Source: Lingula anatina
Lineage: Eukaryota; Animalia; Brachiopoda
Length of the DNA stretch: 64,000 bases
Assembly: GCA_051362555.1 (NCBI GenBank)
Contig: CM120640.1
Coordinates: 51,066,788 to 51,130,787 of the forward strand
Direction: 5' to 3'
Within the stretch, counting starts at the first letter, position 1; the number at the start of each line of letters is the position of its first letter. Position numbers and translations under genes: made by a program. Below, one piece after another: positions 62,243 to 64,000 of the stretch. The notes beneath the pieces are model-generated. The model searched no databases. It was not told the DNA's origin and was given only the letters and a program-made list of their open reading frames with translations.

Positions 62243-64000
62243 AAGTATCATATTTTCTCAAAATACAGAATTCATTTTGAGCCTATCTCTGGCACCCCTC
62301 TCCTCAAAATACATTATATTAATACCAAATGATACGTTTTTTTTCAATATGACACTTTTTTCATGTAGAATATATGTGCTCTGTGGCTACTGCTTCTGTC
62401 CACCAAGGCAACAAAAAGTTTTAGTGTGGTCGAAATGGCAGAGGGATTTAATAACTTCCCAAAGGGACCGCTCCAGGATGATAGTGAGTATTAAACTACT
62501 AAGCACGAAATGCTTTCTCTTCTAGCTAATTTGCATTAAAATGCTTCATAAGATGTCACTAAAGTGAAAGTAAAACCGAAGAGTTAGGCCTTTATGCTGG
62601 TTCATTAATTAAGTAGTTACATGTATATCATACAATCCATTCTTTTCTAAACATTTTTGACATCGAAATTATAAAACACTACCAATTTTGTAATATGTGT
62701 CATTTTGCTTAATAGGTGGAAGCTTGCGGATAAGAAGACAAACAGACGGCCAGACTGGTGAGATCTTATACATGTTCTTCTCTTTGATTTATATTTAATT
62801 CTTGTATTATTTGTTGTGAGAAATGATACAAAGATTGAATATTGCGCCCCCCTCTCTTTGTCTTTCTTTATCGCTCTATATTAACTTGTTGTAACAGTGC
62901 AATAAAATGTAATGAGTAACAGAGTCTTTAGCCTCGGTCACAACCGCCGTACGGGCTCTTACTGGCAGTTTGCGTCCTAATTTTGCGCAGAATCTCACGT
63001 CCCACGCAAGTCCTTCTTACGCAATTTCGAGTTCGCAGACCCCGTAAGCACGTACGGAGGATGTTGGACATGTCCAAAAGATTCTACGAATAGCCTGCGA
63101 ACAGCGAGGCCGCAAGCGTAACTTGCTCCCCTCGCACGGAGTTAGCAAGAGAGACGCGCGTTGTGCAAGACGCACGTCGCAAGCAATGAAGGAGCAAGTG
63201 CCCTTTGCGTGTTGAGTAAGGCGCACGCCCTCACAACTAACGAACAAAGTCGAGAGCACACCGGGAATGCGTCGCACGTGCGTCACCCCCCACGCCTGAT
63301 GTATAAAAGGCGTGCTCACGACGCACGCTCGTGTCTTTACAATGAACGTCCACTGTGTAACGTGTACGACAATTTCGTGCGTCCGGTTGTGACCGAGGCT
63401 TTTACTGTTGTAAGTTGTATGAAGTACCAAATACTGACGACATTCAGTAGGTGTAACTTGGAATGTATTTAAAGTTTCTTAAAGTTGTGTAGCAAACTAA
63501 AGCGTTTGTGGATACTTTGAACGTTGGAGACATGATCAAAGCATAAAATCGTTGACATTTTGAAATACAAAAACCTCATTTTAGAGACACTTCAGACTTA
63601 CCGTGTATCTCTACGGGTTTATTTCAATAAAAATGATTTTTAAACCTAACCTATTCTTGTCCTCCCTTTTCTACTCATCTTCTCTCTCATAATGATTGTT
63701 CTTTTTGTCTCTATTTTCAGTAAAAACTGCTGGAGGAACAGAATTTGTGATAATGTTTATGAACAATATTGTAGAGTCCAGTGACACCACACCCTTAGAA
63801 TTATATTACACTGGCGCTGATGACGCCATAAGCACAAGGATAAATGTCAATGTGACATACTACAGCCCGGCAAGTGGAAGCATACAGCATATAGAGCGTG
63901 TTTTGATGAGATCGACCGATATAGACTCCGTTCAATTAGACTACCAGCTGAGGACTATGACAAAAAATTCCATATCCAACTTTGGAGTTCAGGTGACATC
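57882..64000 (+). CDS. IgGFc-binding protein (FCGBP)-like secreted protein, 3'-partial; exons 57882(or 57891)-57911, 62369-62483, 62716-62757, 63721->63992
   Basis: Phase-consistent splicing gives MAIMDARALRNICALWLLLLSTKATKS (signal peptide), GSLRIRRQ (furin-like site) and GGTEFVIMFMNN...PLELYYTG...VNVT...NFGVQVT, which resembles the FCGBP N-terminal domain. This gene is absent from the ORF track. Confidence 0.72.
61312..61480. mobile_element. Harbinger-like MITE, 169-bp deletion derivative
   Basis: TIR AGCCTCGGTCACAACCGG / CCGGTTGTGACCGAGGCT with a TTA target duplication. Confidence 0.88.
61965..62145 (-). mobile_element. Tc1/mariner relic: transposase C-terminus next to a TIR-like end
   Basis: Minus strand reads VYQNNPQTIGEL..AAITAKIEEIP*EECAQVFDSFARRLEMVLRCGGGH (one frameshift, one stop), preceded by TA-CAGGGTGATCCCC. 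Confidence 0.7.
62163..62238. repeat. (TA)n microsatellite
   Basis: Read directly from the sequence. Confidence 0.95.
62930..63400. mobile_element. Harbinger-like non-autonomous element, 471-bp copy
   Basis: Same TIRs as 61312-61480, a 3-bp TTT flank on both sides, and a CpG-rich interior. Confidence 0.88.

Noticed and set aside
63017-63472. 137-aa and 103-aa ORFs
   Set aside because: They lie within a GC-rich non-autonomous element and have no transposase motifs.

Overview
This is AT-rich, intron-rich animal genomic DNA, probably from a marine invertebrate such as a mollusc (inferred). Most ORF-track entries are therefore single exons or noise, and genes were assembled by hand from splice sites and reading phase. 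Genes in order: the 3' part of a CCDC172-like gene (+); a Dok-family PH-PTB adaptor (-) that appears to start at a GUG codon; DDX41/abstrakt (+), head-to-head with Dok; PP2A B55/twins (-), with a U12-type intron and two paralogous intronic H/ACA snoRNA candidates; a decayed CUB-like pseudogene; a 15-exon gene for an unusual myristoylated SPRY-NHR-NHR-ARM-(NEURL4-type ADP-ribosyltransferase) protein (+); a short ADAMTS-like secreted protein (-); and the 5' part of an IgGFc-binding-protein-like gene (+). Mobile DNA includes two Tc1/mariner relics, an RTE-type LINE 3' end, a 2.6 kb foldback element with a TCA target duplication, and several MITEs. The most interesting items are the SPRY-NHR-ARM-ART architecture, the non-AUG Dok start, the snoRNA pair and the Dok-DDX41 microsynteny.
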